Assembly: GCA_965208125.1 (NCBI GenBank)
Contig: OZ242320.1
Span: 832,001 to 896,000 of the forward strand
Reading direction: 5' to 3'
Source: Candidatus Latescibacterota bacterium
Lineage (GTDB): Bacteria; Latescibacterota; UBA2968
Length of the DNA: 64,000 bases
Part shown: positions 8,882 through 17,455 of the stretch, piece after piece
Numbering within the stretch: position 1 is the stretch's first letter
How the letters are laid out: each line of letters begins with the position of its first letter
The notes under the pieces: model-generated
Seen by the model: the letters and a program-made list of their open reading frames with translations, nothing else
What the model was told of the DNA's origin: nothing
The model's database searches: none
Made by a program: the position numbers and the translations under genes

Positions 8882-9280
8882 TTACTCGGGATAGATAATC
8901 AGGCTATCGGCTTGCACCTCCGACAGCACCATCTCGGTTTGCGAATCAAAATAATCCGACACCGTATTTGCCTCGGTATCTCCATTATCTATCAGCACCA
9001 TAAAAATAACAGCAGCGGCAGCGGCCAAAGGCACGAGACGTTTGCCCGCCCATACCAGGCTATTCCAGAGACTCTCTTCCCGAATCTGTGTCTGAACCCC
9101 ATCCCACAACCCCGGCGAAGGCGCCATAGGACGCTGACTCAGACGTCTCTGTACATGGCGAAGCAAATCGTACTCAGCGCGAAACTCAGCATCTTCTGCT
9201 ATCCGCGCTTCAATTTCGCGCACATGCTCCGCAGACAAATTACCGTCAACATAGAGCAACAATTTATCGTGGTCAGTCAT
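8882..9280 (-). CDS. Transmembrane anti-sigma factor
   Basis: ATGA overlap with the ECF sigma stop; LLLYVDGNLS..EIEARI anti-sigma-like N-terminus and one TM. Confidence 0.75.
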   Translation of the reverse strand: MTDHDKLLLYVDGNLSAEHVREIEARIAEDAEFRAEYDLLRHVQRRLSQRPMAPSPGLWDGVQTQIREESLWNSLVWAGKRLVPLAAAAAVIFMVLIDNGDTEANTVSDYFDSQTEMVLSEVQADSLIIYPE

Positions 9281-9870
9281 ATATTTTCCCCTTGCCATTC
9301 GCGGTAAAGCGGCAAAAGCAAATCGCGTAAACGCGCCCGTGCCCGCGAAAGCCTCGATTTAACAGTGCCGACAGAAACATCTAAAACATCGGCAATCTCT
9401 TCTTGAGAAAAACCCTCTATATCTTTCATAATCACCACCGCGCGATGCTCGGGCGACAGGTAATCGAGCACCTTCTGAATCTCCTCGCGCAAACCAATGC
9501 GCTCAATATCATTTTGCGGTTCATCCGTACCCAAAAACCGATCCAGTGCCATATCGCTCGCCTCTTGCATCCTCTCTATCGAAACACTATCGGGCCGCCG
9601 TTGCTCGCGCTGGGCAAACGTGAGACAAACATTGGTAGTAATGCGATACAAATACGTGTAAAAACTCGACCGCCCTTCAAACCTTCCCAGTGCTTTATAC
9701 ACTCTGACAAACGCCTCTTGCGCCGCATCCCTTGCCGCTTCCGGATCGCCGAGAATCGAACACGCCAGACCGTAAATTCGGTCTTCATAACGTTCAACCA
9801 ACTGGCGGAAAGCCTGCACATCGCCCTTTTGGCATTGACGAATCAGATCTCGTTCATCAAAATCAGCCAT
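9277..9870 (-). CDS. ECF RNA polymerase sigma factor (RpoE-like)
   Basis: DAAQEAFVRVY (region 2) and EIADVLDVSVGTVKSRLSRAR (region 4). Confidence 0.92.
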   Translation of the reverse strand: MADFDERDLIRQCQKGDVQAFRQLVERYEDRIYGLACSILGDPEAARDAAQEAFVRVYKALGRFEGRSSFYTYLYRITTNVCLTFAQREQRRPDSVSIERMQEASDMALDRFLGTDEPQNDIERIGLREEIQKVLDYLSPEHRAVVIMKDIEGFSQEEIADVLDVSVGTVKSRLSRARARLRDLLLPLYREWQGENI

Positions 9871-9915
9871 GTTATATCTTTCCTCTGATTCGCCTATTCT
9901 ATCCGTTTCGCAGGA

Positions 9916-9944
9916 TTAGACCACCAGACCAGCACTCGCGTTCC
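9916..9944 (-). promoter_or_regulatory. Candidate ECF autoregulatory promoter GGAAC-N18-GTCTAA
   Basis: Resembles RpoE-type -35/-10 elements directly upstream of the sigma gene; spacer slightly long. Confidence 0.4.
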
Positions 9945-9953
9945 CTATAAAAC

Positions 9954-9985
9954 AAAAAAATGGACATCGCATTCAGGGATGTCCA
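9954..9985 (-). terminator. Intrinsic terminator downstream of ilvB
   Basis: UGGACAUC/GAUGUCCA stem followed by U7. Confidence 0.7.
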
Positions 9986-10004
9986 GGGTTGGAGGGATCG
10001 AGAT

Positions 10005-10029
10005 GGGCGACCACGAGGGTCGCCCCTAC
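10005..10029. repeat. GTAG-type REP element
   Basis: GGGCGACCACGAGGGTCGCCCCTAC, same family as 7572 and 25000; followed by CCATCTGCG x2. Confidence 0.75.
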
Positions 10030-10086
10030 ATTATGATTTTCCATCTGCGTCCATCTGCGGATCGCCTTTGGGGACAGTTGGGCTAA

Positions 10087-11853
10087 CTACTCCGTAATAA
10101 TATCGGCAAACGTCATACCCGAGGGAATCATGGGCAGCACATGCTCTTGATACGGCACAACCACATCGAGCAAATAGGGACCATTGGAAGAAATCATGCG
10201 ATCAATAGCCGGCACGAGATCCTCCTTGCGTATCGCCCGTTCGGCAGGCACGCGAAAACCCTTTGCTATCGCCACATAATCGGGAAAAATCGCGTGACTC
10301 GGCGGAATATTCATATCTTCGTGCGCCTGCGCCGCTTCCGGATCCCCAATAAACGTATGCCCGCGATTGCTCTTGTAAAAGCGATCCTCCCACTGCACCA
10401 CCATACCCAGATGCTGATTGTTGAGAATCATAGTCTTAACGGGAATTTTCTCTGCATAAAGCGTCGCCAACTCCTGTACATTCATCGCAAAACTGCCATC
10501 GCCATCAATATCAATAACCAGCGCATCGGGAAACGCCAACTGCGCCCCCAGCGCAGCGGGCAAACCAAAACCCATCGCCCCCAGACCGCCCGACGTGAGC
10601 CAACGGCGCGGCTCATCAAAAGGATAAAATTGCGCCGCCCACATCTGGTGCTGCCCCACCCCTGTGGATATAATGGCCTTCCCGTCCGTCATCTTATAGA
10701 GCATCTCAATCGCATATTGGGGCAAAATGACATCTTCCACATCCTTGTAATTGAAAGGATATTTCTCCCGCCACGTTTCAATCTCATCACACCAGGCCTG
10801 ATAATCGCCCGGCACAACAACACTATTTAGCTCTTGCAGGGCATATTTAATATCGCTCACAATCGGCAAATGGGCGACCTTGTTTTTATTGATCTCAGAA
10901 GGATCGATATCGATATGCACAATGCGACCGTGTTTGCAAAACTCCTCGAGCTTGCCCGTCACCCGATCATCAAAACGCACCCCAAATGCCAGCAACAAAT
11001 CGGCGTGATTGATGGCGTAATTGGCATAAACCGACCCGTGCATCCCCAGCATTTGCAAAGACTGTGGATCTGTTTGCGGGAAAACACCCAACCCCATCAG
11101 CGTCTGCGCCACGGGAATGCGTGTCTTTCGGGCAAACTCGCGAAGCTCTTCCGCCGCATCTGCAGTCACAATCCCTCCGCCGGCATAAATAAGCGGGCGT
11201 TTGGATTCTAAAATCGCCTGCGCAACCTCTTGAATTTGCGCGCGGCTGGCGTGCAAATGGCTGGGGGTATAGCTGCGAATAGCCACCGTCTCGGGAAAAT
11301 CGGGCACACAAACACTTTGCTGCACATTTTTGGGGATATCGACCAGCACAGGACCGGGCCGCCCAGAAGAGGCAATGTAAAACGCCTCTTTGACAACGCG
11401 GGGAATATCTTCAATGCGGTCCACGAGATAATTGTGCTTCGTAATCTGCCGCGTAACCTCAATAATCGGAGTCTCTTGAAAAGCATCGCGACCAATAACA
11501 GCAGTGGGGACCTGACCCGTGATGGCAACAAGCGGCACAGAGTCCATTTTGGCATCGGCCAGCCCCGTGACCAGATTGGTAGCACCCGGTCCAGACGTTG
11601 CCATACACACCCCGACTTTGCCCGAGGCTTTGGCATATCCTTCAGCCGCAAAAATTTCGCCCTGTTCGTGCCGGCACAACACAACCTGGATATTGGAACG
11701 CGTGAGGGACTGGTGCATTTCCATGCTGGCCCCTCCGGGATAGCCAAAGAGAACTTCGACCCCCTCGCGGATGAGACATTCAACCAGAATATCGGCACCC
11801 CTCATTTCGCCAGAGGTGGAGCCAGATGTCGGAGTCTGGGGTTTGCTCGCCAT
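10087..11853 (-). CDS. ilvB: Acetolactate synthase large subunit, biosynthetic type
   Basis: [53 protein letters not shown]. Confidence 0.95.
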   Translation of the reverse strand: MASKPQTPTSGSTSGEMRGADILVECLIREGVEVLFGYPGGASMEMHQSLTRSNIQVVLCRHEQGEIFAAEGYAKASGKVGVCMATSGPGATNLVTGLADAKMDSVPLVAITGQVPTAVIGRDAFQETPIIEVTRQITKHNYLVDRIEDIPRVVKEAFYIASSGRPGPVLVDIPKNVQQSVCVPDFPETVAIRSYTPSHLHASRAQIQEVAQAILESKRPLIYAGGGIVTADAAEELREFARKTRIPVAQTLMGLGVFPQTDPQSLQMLGMHGSVYANYAINHADLLLAFGVRFDDRVTGKLEEFCKHGRIVHIDIDPSEINKNKVAHLPIVSDIKYALQELNSVVVPGDYQAWCDEIETWREKYPFNYKDVEDVILPQYAIEMLYKMTDGKAIISTGVGQHQMWAAQFYPFDEPRRWLTSGGLGAMGFGLPAALGAQLAFPDALVIDIDGDGSFAMNVQELATLYAEKIPVKTMILNNQHLGMVVQWEDRFYKSNRGHTFIGDPEAAQAHEDMNIPPSHAIFPDYVAIAKGFRVPAERAIRKEDLVPAIDRMISSNGPYLLDVVVPYQEHVLPMIPSGMTFADIITE

Positions 11854-11876
11854 TGCAAAAATCTCCTTTATTAAAC

Positions 11877-11909
11877 AAAAAAACCGTCATTGCATTGTAG
11901 CGATGACGG
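11877..11909 (-). terminator. ilvB attenuator terminator
   Basis: mRNA CCGUCAUCGC-loop-GCAAUGACGG followed by U7. Confidence 0.8.
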
Positions 11910-11938
11910 GACAAGATTTTCTTTATGCAATCCCACCA

Positions 11939-12019
11939 TCACATAGGTACAAGTACTACAACACGGCCTACAACAGCCGTTGTAATTGCAATGTGGGATG
12001 TGGTAATCGGATGTGTCAT
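11939..12019 (-). CDS. ilvB leader peptide MTHPITTSHIAITTAVVGRVVVLVPM
   Basis: 26 codons rich in Thr/Ile/Val/Leu; GUGAUGGUGGGA over the stop codon pairs with UCCCGUCAUCGC of the terminator (12 bp). Confidence 0.85.
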   Translation of the reverse strand: MTHPITTSHIAITTAVVGRVVVLVPM

Positions 12020-12050
12020 AACTTTAGCTCTCTTTTTCAATTAGAAAGAG

Positions 12051-12079
12051 AAGATACAGGCTTAGTCCAGTTCTGTCAA
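12051..12079 (-). promoter_or_regulatory. Sigma70 promoter TTGACA-N17-TATCTT for the ilvB leader
   Basis: Consensus -35 and 17-nt spacer about 30 nt upstream of the leader ATG. Confidence 0.75.
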
Positions 12080-12092
12080 GAAAACTCGCTTC

Positions 12093-12872
12093 TTACACCT
12101 CTCTACTATCCTTCTCACCCATCATATTAATCCGATCTCGAAGCTCAGCAGCGCGTTCAAACTCCTCGTTGTCAATCGCTTCCAGCAATTCTTTCTTAAG
12201 ACGCTCAGATTTTGTGAGCGGGCGCTGTTGCTCAAGCTCGTTGAGCAATTCATTCAGAGACTCAACGGAGCGTTTCTTTTCAATATCAAATTCTTCTGCT
12301 TCTACTTCTTCCAGATTTTCGATCTTGTCGAGCACATCTCGAATAATTCGTATGCCCTCCGCAAAATTGTTCTTTTGCGATTCAATCATCACGCGCGCAA
12401 TCGCGTGGATTCGCAAAACATAAGGCCACCATTTTTCGAGATTGAGGCGATCGTTTTCCGCAGCAGCGTATTGGTTGACAAAACGAAACAGCCTCATGTT
12501 GCGCTCTGTATCTCGAAGAACGCGGTCATAGTCTCGTATTTGAAGTAAAAAAACATACCGCTCGTAGAGCAGTCGGCTTTCATCAAAGAGTTCACGACAG
12601 TGCGCCTTTTTCAGTGAAAAACCATCGGATGTACCGTGTTCTTCAATGAAATGATGAAGCCTATCGGTAAAATGATCCAGAACAAACGCGCTATTGCGTG
12701 GTCTGCGCCCATCGGGACGCCCGTCGAGTTCCATCTGTAGAATACCTTGAAATGGACCCTGATCTATGCGTACTTGAATTTTTTCAACGCCTTTGGACGA
12801 GAAAATTTTGCGAATACTATTTTTGGGATCATAGGGCCAGTGCTTCAGCAAAGGGCCAATATCTTCGGTCAT
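12093..12872 (-). CDS. Conserved protein with C-terminal UvrB/UvrC (UVR) motif
   Basis: C-terminal LLEAIDNEEFERAAELRDRI; GILQMELDGRPDG core. Confidence 0.7.
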   Translation of the reverse strand: MTEDIGPLLKHWPYDPKNSIRKIFSSKGVEKIQVRIDQGPFQGILQMELDGRPDGRRPRNSAFVLDHFTDRLHHFIEEHGTSDGFSLKKAHCRELFDESRLLYERYVFLLQIRDYDRVLRDTERNMRLFRFVNQYAAAENDRLNLEKWWPYVLRIHAIARVMIESQKNNFAEGIRIIRDVLDKIENLEEVEAEEFDIEKKRSVESLNELLNELEQQRPLTKSERLKKELLEAIDNEEFERAAELRDRINMMGEKDSREV

Positions 12873-12982
12873 GGCGAATTCCCCTGATATGTGGGAGAGA
12901 CATCCCTTGAACTGCTAATACCCGAACCTATCGCGCTATAGGTTTCAATCTAATTGCATTTGCTCCCAGACGCAAGTATCAT

Positions 12983-13076
12983 GTGAAGTGTAAAGTGTAA
13001 AGTGTGAAGTGTGAAGACCACCCAACACCACCCCTGGGCGGGTGCTGCTTTTCACGTCTCACGTTTTACGTCTCAC
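12983..13076. repeat. Inverted heptamer tandem-repeat element
   Basis: (GTGAAGT/GTAAAGT)x5, spacer, then (GTCTCAC/GTTTTAC-like)x4 in roughly inverted orientation. Confidence 0.7.
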
Positions 13077-13111
13077 TGCCTTTAATGTTTCACCAAAAAA
13101 AGGAAAAACAA

Positions 13112-14443
13112 ATGGGAACAGAAAAAATCACAGGATCAATCGCTGAATTTTTCAAATTTAACGCGCAAAACACAAATTGGCGCACAGAAATAACAGGTGG
13201 GGTGACGACATTTGTGACAATGGCTTATATCGTAGCCGTAAACCCGGGCATCATGTCTGACGCATTGGGCGTGGATTTATTTCCCGAACTGTTATTTGCA
13301 ACGTGTGTTTCTGCGGCCATCGCAACAATACTTATGGGACTTCTGGCAAATTATCCCTTTGCCCTGGCGCCGGGCATGGGCCTCAATGCGTTTTTTACCT
13401 ACACAATTGTACTGGGCATGGGCGTACATTGGAAATTGGCTCTGGGCGTGGTCCTCGCTTCCGGACTCCTATTTTTATTATTAACCGTATTGCGGGTACG
13501 CGAAGCCATTATCACAGCAGTACCCCAACCTCTCAAGCTCGCCGCCGCCGCGGGTATTGGACTATTCATTGCATTCATCGGATTTAAGAATGCGGGTTTT
13601 ATTGTCGATGATCAGGCCACATTGGTCAGCCTTGGCAATGTGTACTCAGGACCTGTTGGATTGGCGCTGGTAGGACTCTTGGGCACGGCCATCATGCTGG
13701 CGCGCGGCATCCGCGGTGCGATTTTACTCGGCGTAATCGGCGTCACCTTATTATCCATGATCATCGGACTTACGCCCTGGCCAACAGGCGTCATAAGCCT
13801 GCCTGTCTGGCCCACCCATCTCTTTGGAGAAGCCATCTATCATTTGCCCCTCGCATTTCACACCGCAGTAATAGAACTCGTCTTTGCCTTTCTCTTTGTC
13901 GATCTATTTGATACCATGGGCACGCTGGTGGGATTATCCGAACGCGTGGGATTCCTGGACAAGCGAGGGCAATTGCCACGCGCCAACAAAGCACTGCTAT
14001 CAGACTCTATTGGAACCGTATGCGGCAGTGTATTGGGCACATCAACCGTGACCACCTATATCGAAAGCGCCGCTGGCATATCTTCGGGCGCGCGCACGGG
14101 CTTTGCCAGCCTGGTAACCGGCGGACTATTCATCTGCGCCTTATTTCTCACACCTCTGGTACAGGCCATACCATCCTTTGCCACAGCGCCCGCGCTCATT
14201 GTCGTAGGCGTCATGATGATGGCCCCGGCTGCGCGTATTGTCTGGGATGATATGTCGGATGCTGTACCCGCTTTTTTAACGCTAATTGCCATACCCCTGA
14301 CATTCAGCATTGCCGACGGGCTGGCATTCGGATTTATCGCCTATCCCATAATCAAACGATTGAGCAAAAAAGGCTCTGAAGTACATCCGCTCATAGATGT
14401 ACTGGCCATCATATTTATTCTCAAATATGTCTTTATGGCGTGA
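13112..14443 (+). CDS. NCS2/AzgA-family purine permease
   Basis: TTFVTMAYI.VNP, APGMGLNAFF, DLFDTMGT, TTYIESAAG..GARTG; start moved to ATG 13112 (SD AAGGA). Confidence 0.9.
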   Translation: MGTEKITGSIAEFFKFNAQNTNWRTEITGGVTTFVTMAYIVAVNPGIMSDALGVDLFPELLFATCVSAAIATILMGLLANYPFALAPGMGLNAFFTYTIVLGMGVHWKLALGVVLASGLLFLLLTVLRVREAIITAVPQPLKLAAAAGIGLFIAFIGFKNAGFIVDDQATLVSLGNVYSGPVGLALVGLLGTAIMLARGIRGAILLGVIGVTLLSMIIGLTPWPTGVISLPVWPTHLFGEAIYHLPLAFHTAVIELVFAFLFVDLFDTMGTLVGLSERVGFLDKRGQLPRANKALLSDSIGTVCGSVLGTSTVTTYIESAAGISSGARTGFASLVTGGLFICALFLTPLVQAIPSFATAPALIVVGVMMMAPAARIVWDDMSDAVPAFLTLIAIPLTFSIADGLAFGFIAYPIIKRLSKKGSEVHPLIDVLAIIFILKYVFMA

Positions 14444-14541
14444 GAGGCGTGGTCCTGATCGCTGCTTTTGTTCGTGACATTTGTATTTTTTTTTTCTATT
14501 ATCTTTCAAATAACTATAAGAAAATATTTTAAGGAGGCGTT

Positions 14542-17400
14542 ATGCGCACATTGTGTATCATTTTTCTCGTACTGTGGAGTACTTGCTCAGTCATAGCTCA
14601 GGATATGGGTAGCTTGACTGGAAAAGTGGAAGATGAGACGGGAGAAGCATTATTCGCGGCCAATATCACAGTCAAAGGACCGGCCATTGAGGGCGTAAGG
14701 GGCGCAATCACCAACGACCAGGGCAACTATCGCATCGACCGCTTGCCGCCGGGGACTTACGAAATCACCATCAGTTATATCGGCTATGAAACCATCGCCG
14801 CAACCGGCGTAGAAATCCGCGCTGGCGAAAGTATAACGCGAGACTTTACGCTGACCGCTGTCGTCCTCATCGGTCAGCAAGTCGTCGTATCGGCATCGCG
14901 CAAACAGGAAAAAGCCCTGGACGCACCCGCTTCAATAGCAACGATCGAAGCATCTGAAATCAGAGATCGGGGCGTCTTGTCACCGACTGAGCATATCAAG
15001 ACCCTGCCCGGTGTTGACTTTTCCAAAACGGGCATCTCACAAAGCAACGTGGTGGTTCGCGGATTCAACAATGTATTTTCTGGCGCACTGCTCACACTCG
15101 TTGACAATCGCATTGCCCGCGTCCCTTCCCTGCGTTTCAATGCCTTTGATATGATCCCCGTTACCGGTGACGACATTGAGCGTATTGAAGTGGTATTAGG
15201 ACCCGGATCTGCGCTTTACGGTCCCAACACCTCCAGTGGCGTCATGCACATTATCACCCGCTCGCCATTTGGATCGGAAGGCAATACAATTTCCATATCT
15301 GGCGGGCAGCGCAGTGTGAGAAAATTATCACTGCGCCACGCCAGCAGCCTCAACGACAAGATCGGGATCAAAATTTCGGTTGGGCACAGTTCAGCCCATG
15401 ACTGGGAGTACATCGATCCTCTGGAAGTGGAATCACGCGGTTTTAATCCACGCGATTACAACGCAAAAAAGACATTGGGAGAACTGAGACTCGATTTTCG
15501 ACCAACAGATGACCTGACAATCATAGGATCAACGGGTTATACAAAAACAAGCGGTATTGAATTGACGGGTTTGGGCGCGGGTCAGGCAAAAGACTGGACC
15601 TATAATTTTTATCAAGGCCGCCTGCTCTATCGCGAGTGGTTTGCACAGGTCTTCTTCAACGCCAGTGATGCAGGTCAAACGAGAATGATCGCAGCCGACG
15701 ACCCAATTGTAGATAATTCATATTTGATGGTTCTGCAATTGCAACACAATGCCAATTTGGGACAGAAACAACACTTTGCTTATGGTGCTGATGTACTGCG
15801 AACCCGACCCAAGACAGGGGGCACAATAAATGGCATGCATGAAGACATTGATAACATCGATGAATACGGGGTCTATTTGCAAAGTGAAACCAGCCTGAGT
15901 GATCAAATCGAGCTGGTATTGGCCGGGCGCATAGACAAGCACAGCCATGTTGAAGATCCATTTTTCTCACCCCGCGCAGCGCTGGTCATTAAACCCAGGC
16001 CACTCAACACCCTGCGATTGACGTATAACCGCGCATTTAGCACGCCTTCGACCACCAACTTATTTTTGGACCGGATCGGCCTCCCCGATCCCTTTGGGTT
16101 CGGGGCATTGCAACCGGCATTGGGATTTAGTCCAGCAATTGACGTTCGCGCACAGGGCACCGCCGGTACCGGATTCACATTTCGCAGAGACGACAATGGC
16201 CTACCCATGTATCGGACCTCCTTTGCGCCCATAGCGGGCTTGTCAAAAGATCACTACTTCTCTCTGCACGATCCGCAAGGTACCAATTTGATGTGGGGCG
16301 CTGCCAGATCAATAATAATGAGTATCCTTTTGGCGGAACTGGAACCTCTCGCAACAGGGCTTTTCGTAGATCGGCTTGGGCTACCACAAGATCAAGCGGC
16401 TGCGGTAGCCGCACAACTGGTTGCAGACTTCCCCGGGATTATCCCAGAACAACTGCCGGGCTTGCAAAATACGGCCGGCACACTGAATACGGCAACGGCG
16501 AGTTTTGATCCCGAGCCCAGCCTCGCCAATGCAGTGGCAGACATAAACAAAATCGAATCGACCATCTCAGAAACCTTTGAAGTGGGATACAAAGGCGTCA
16601 TCAATAACAAACTCATTCTCGCAGCCGATGCCTACCTGAGCAGAAAAAGAAATTTCACCAGCCCGTTGCGGATTGTAACACCCAGTGTGTTTCTCGCAGC
16701 CGGTCCCTTGAGCGAAGCTCTGGAAAACGGAATTACCGAGAACTTGAGAGACCCCGCCAATGCAAGTCTCGCAATTGCCATCGGCCTTTTAGATCAACTC
16801 AACCTGCCGGATTTGGGCCTGGTTGGCAATGGCAATGGCACGGGCATAGATGAATTGACGCAGTTATTTGTATCCAACGCCGCGGGAATTCCCTTTGGTA
16901 CCATGTCTGCCGAACAGGCATCAGACCCCACTGCAGTCATGGTCGCATATCGCAATTTCGGTCGCATAACGCTCTACGGTGCCGACCTGTCGTTTGCGTA
17001 TTATCCAAACGAAATGTGGACTTTTACCGGCAATTACTCCTATGTCAGCGATGATTGGTTCCCCAATTTAGACAACATCGGCGACATTGCCCTCAATGCC
17101 CCCCGGCACAAATTTAACATCGGAGTCGATTGCCAACTGCCCAATATGCCACTCACCATTCGCGGAAAATTGAGCTATCGCGGTAGTTTTCCAATGCAAT
17201 CGGGTGTATATGTAGGCGATGTAGATGCTTACACTGTTTTGGACCTGAATGCCGCATATCAGTTGCCACTCTCAAATGACCGCTTCAAGATCACCTGGAA
17301 TGTGGAAGCCAGCAACGTGTTAAACCAGGAATATCGATCATTTATCGGTGCGCCATTTATTGGACGCCTGGTCTTAACGGGCCTGAATATTCGATTCTAA
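14542..17400 (+). CDS. TonB-dependent receptor with N-terminal carboxypeptidase-regulatory-like domain (copy 1)
   Basis: Signal peptide, VVVSASR, DIERIEVVLGPGSALYG plug motif, C-terminal Phe. Confidence 0.92.
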   Translation: MRTLCIIFLVLWSTCSVIAQDMGSLTGKVEDETGEALFAANITVKGPAIEGVRGAITNDQGNYRIDRLPPGTYEITISYIGYETIAATGVEIRAGESITRDFTLTAVVLIGQQVVVSASRKQEKALDAPASIATIEASEIRDRGVLSPTEHIKTLPGVDFSKTGISQSNVVVRGFNNVFSGALLTLVDNRIARVPSLRFNAFDMIPVTGDDIERIEVVLGPGSALYGPNTSSGVMHIITRSPFGSEGNTISISGGQRSVRKLSLRHASSLNDKIGIKISVGHSSAHDWEYIDPLEVESRGFNPRDYNAKKTLGELRLDFRPTDDLTIIGSTGYTKTSGIELTGLGAGQAKDWTYNFYQGRLLYREWFAQVFFNASDAGQTRMIAADDPIVDNSYLMVLQLQHNANLGQKQHFAYGADVLRTRPKTGGTINGMHEDIDNIDEYGVYLQSETSLSDQIELVLAGRIDKHSHVEDPFFSPRAALVIKPRPLNTLRLTYNRAFSTPSTTNLFLDRIGLPDPFGFGALQPALGFSPAIDVRAQGTAGTGFTFRRDDNGLPMYRTSFAPIAGLSKDHYFSLHDPQGTNLMWGAARSIIMSILLAELEPLATGLFVDRLGLPQDQAAAVAAQLVADFPGIIPEQLPGLQNTAGTLNTATASFDPEPSLANAVADINKIESTISETFEVGYKGVINNKLILAADAYLSRKRNFTSPLRIVTPSVFLAAGPLSEALENGITENLRDPANASLAIAIGLLDQLNLPDLGLVGNGNGTGIDELTQLFVSNAAGIPFGTMSAEQASDPTAVMVAYRNFGRITLYGADLSFAYYPNEMWTFTGNYSYVSDDWFPNLDNIGDIALNAPRHKFNIGVDCQLPNMPLTIRGKLSYRGSFPMQSGVYVGDVDAYTVLDLNAAYQLPLSNDRFKITWNVEASNVLNQEYRSFIGAPFIGRLVLTGLNIRF

Positions 17401-17455
17401 AGCTGCCCCTCTCCCATCTTAAAAAACTCCAGATCATTGCGATAAGGAGGATTTG

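Noticed and set aside
12900-13111. Purine riboswitch upstream of the NCS2 permease
   Set aside because: No purine aptamer core or expression platform; the region is occupied by heptamer repeats.
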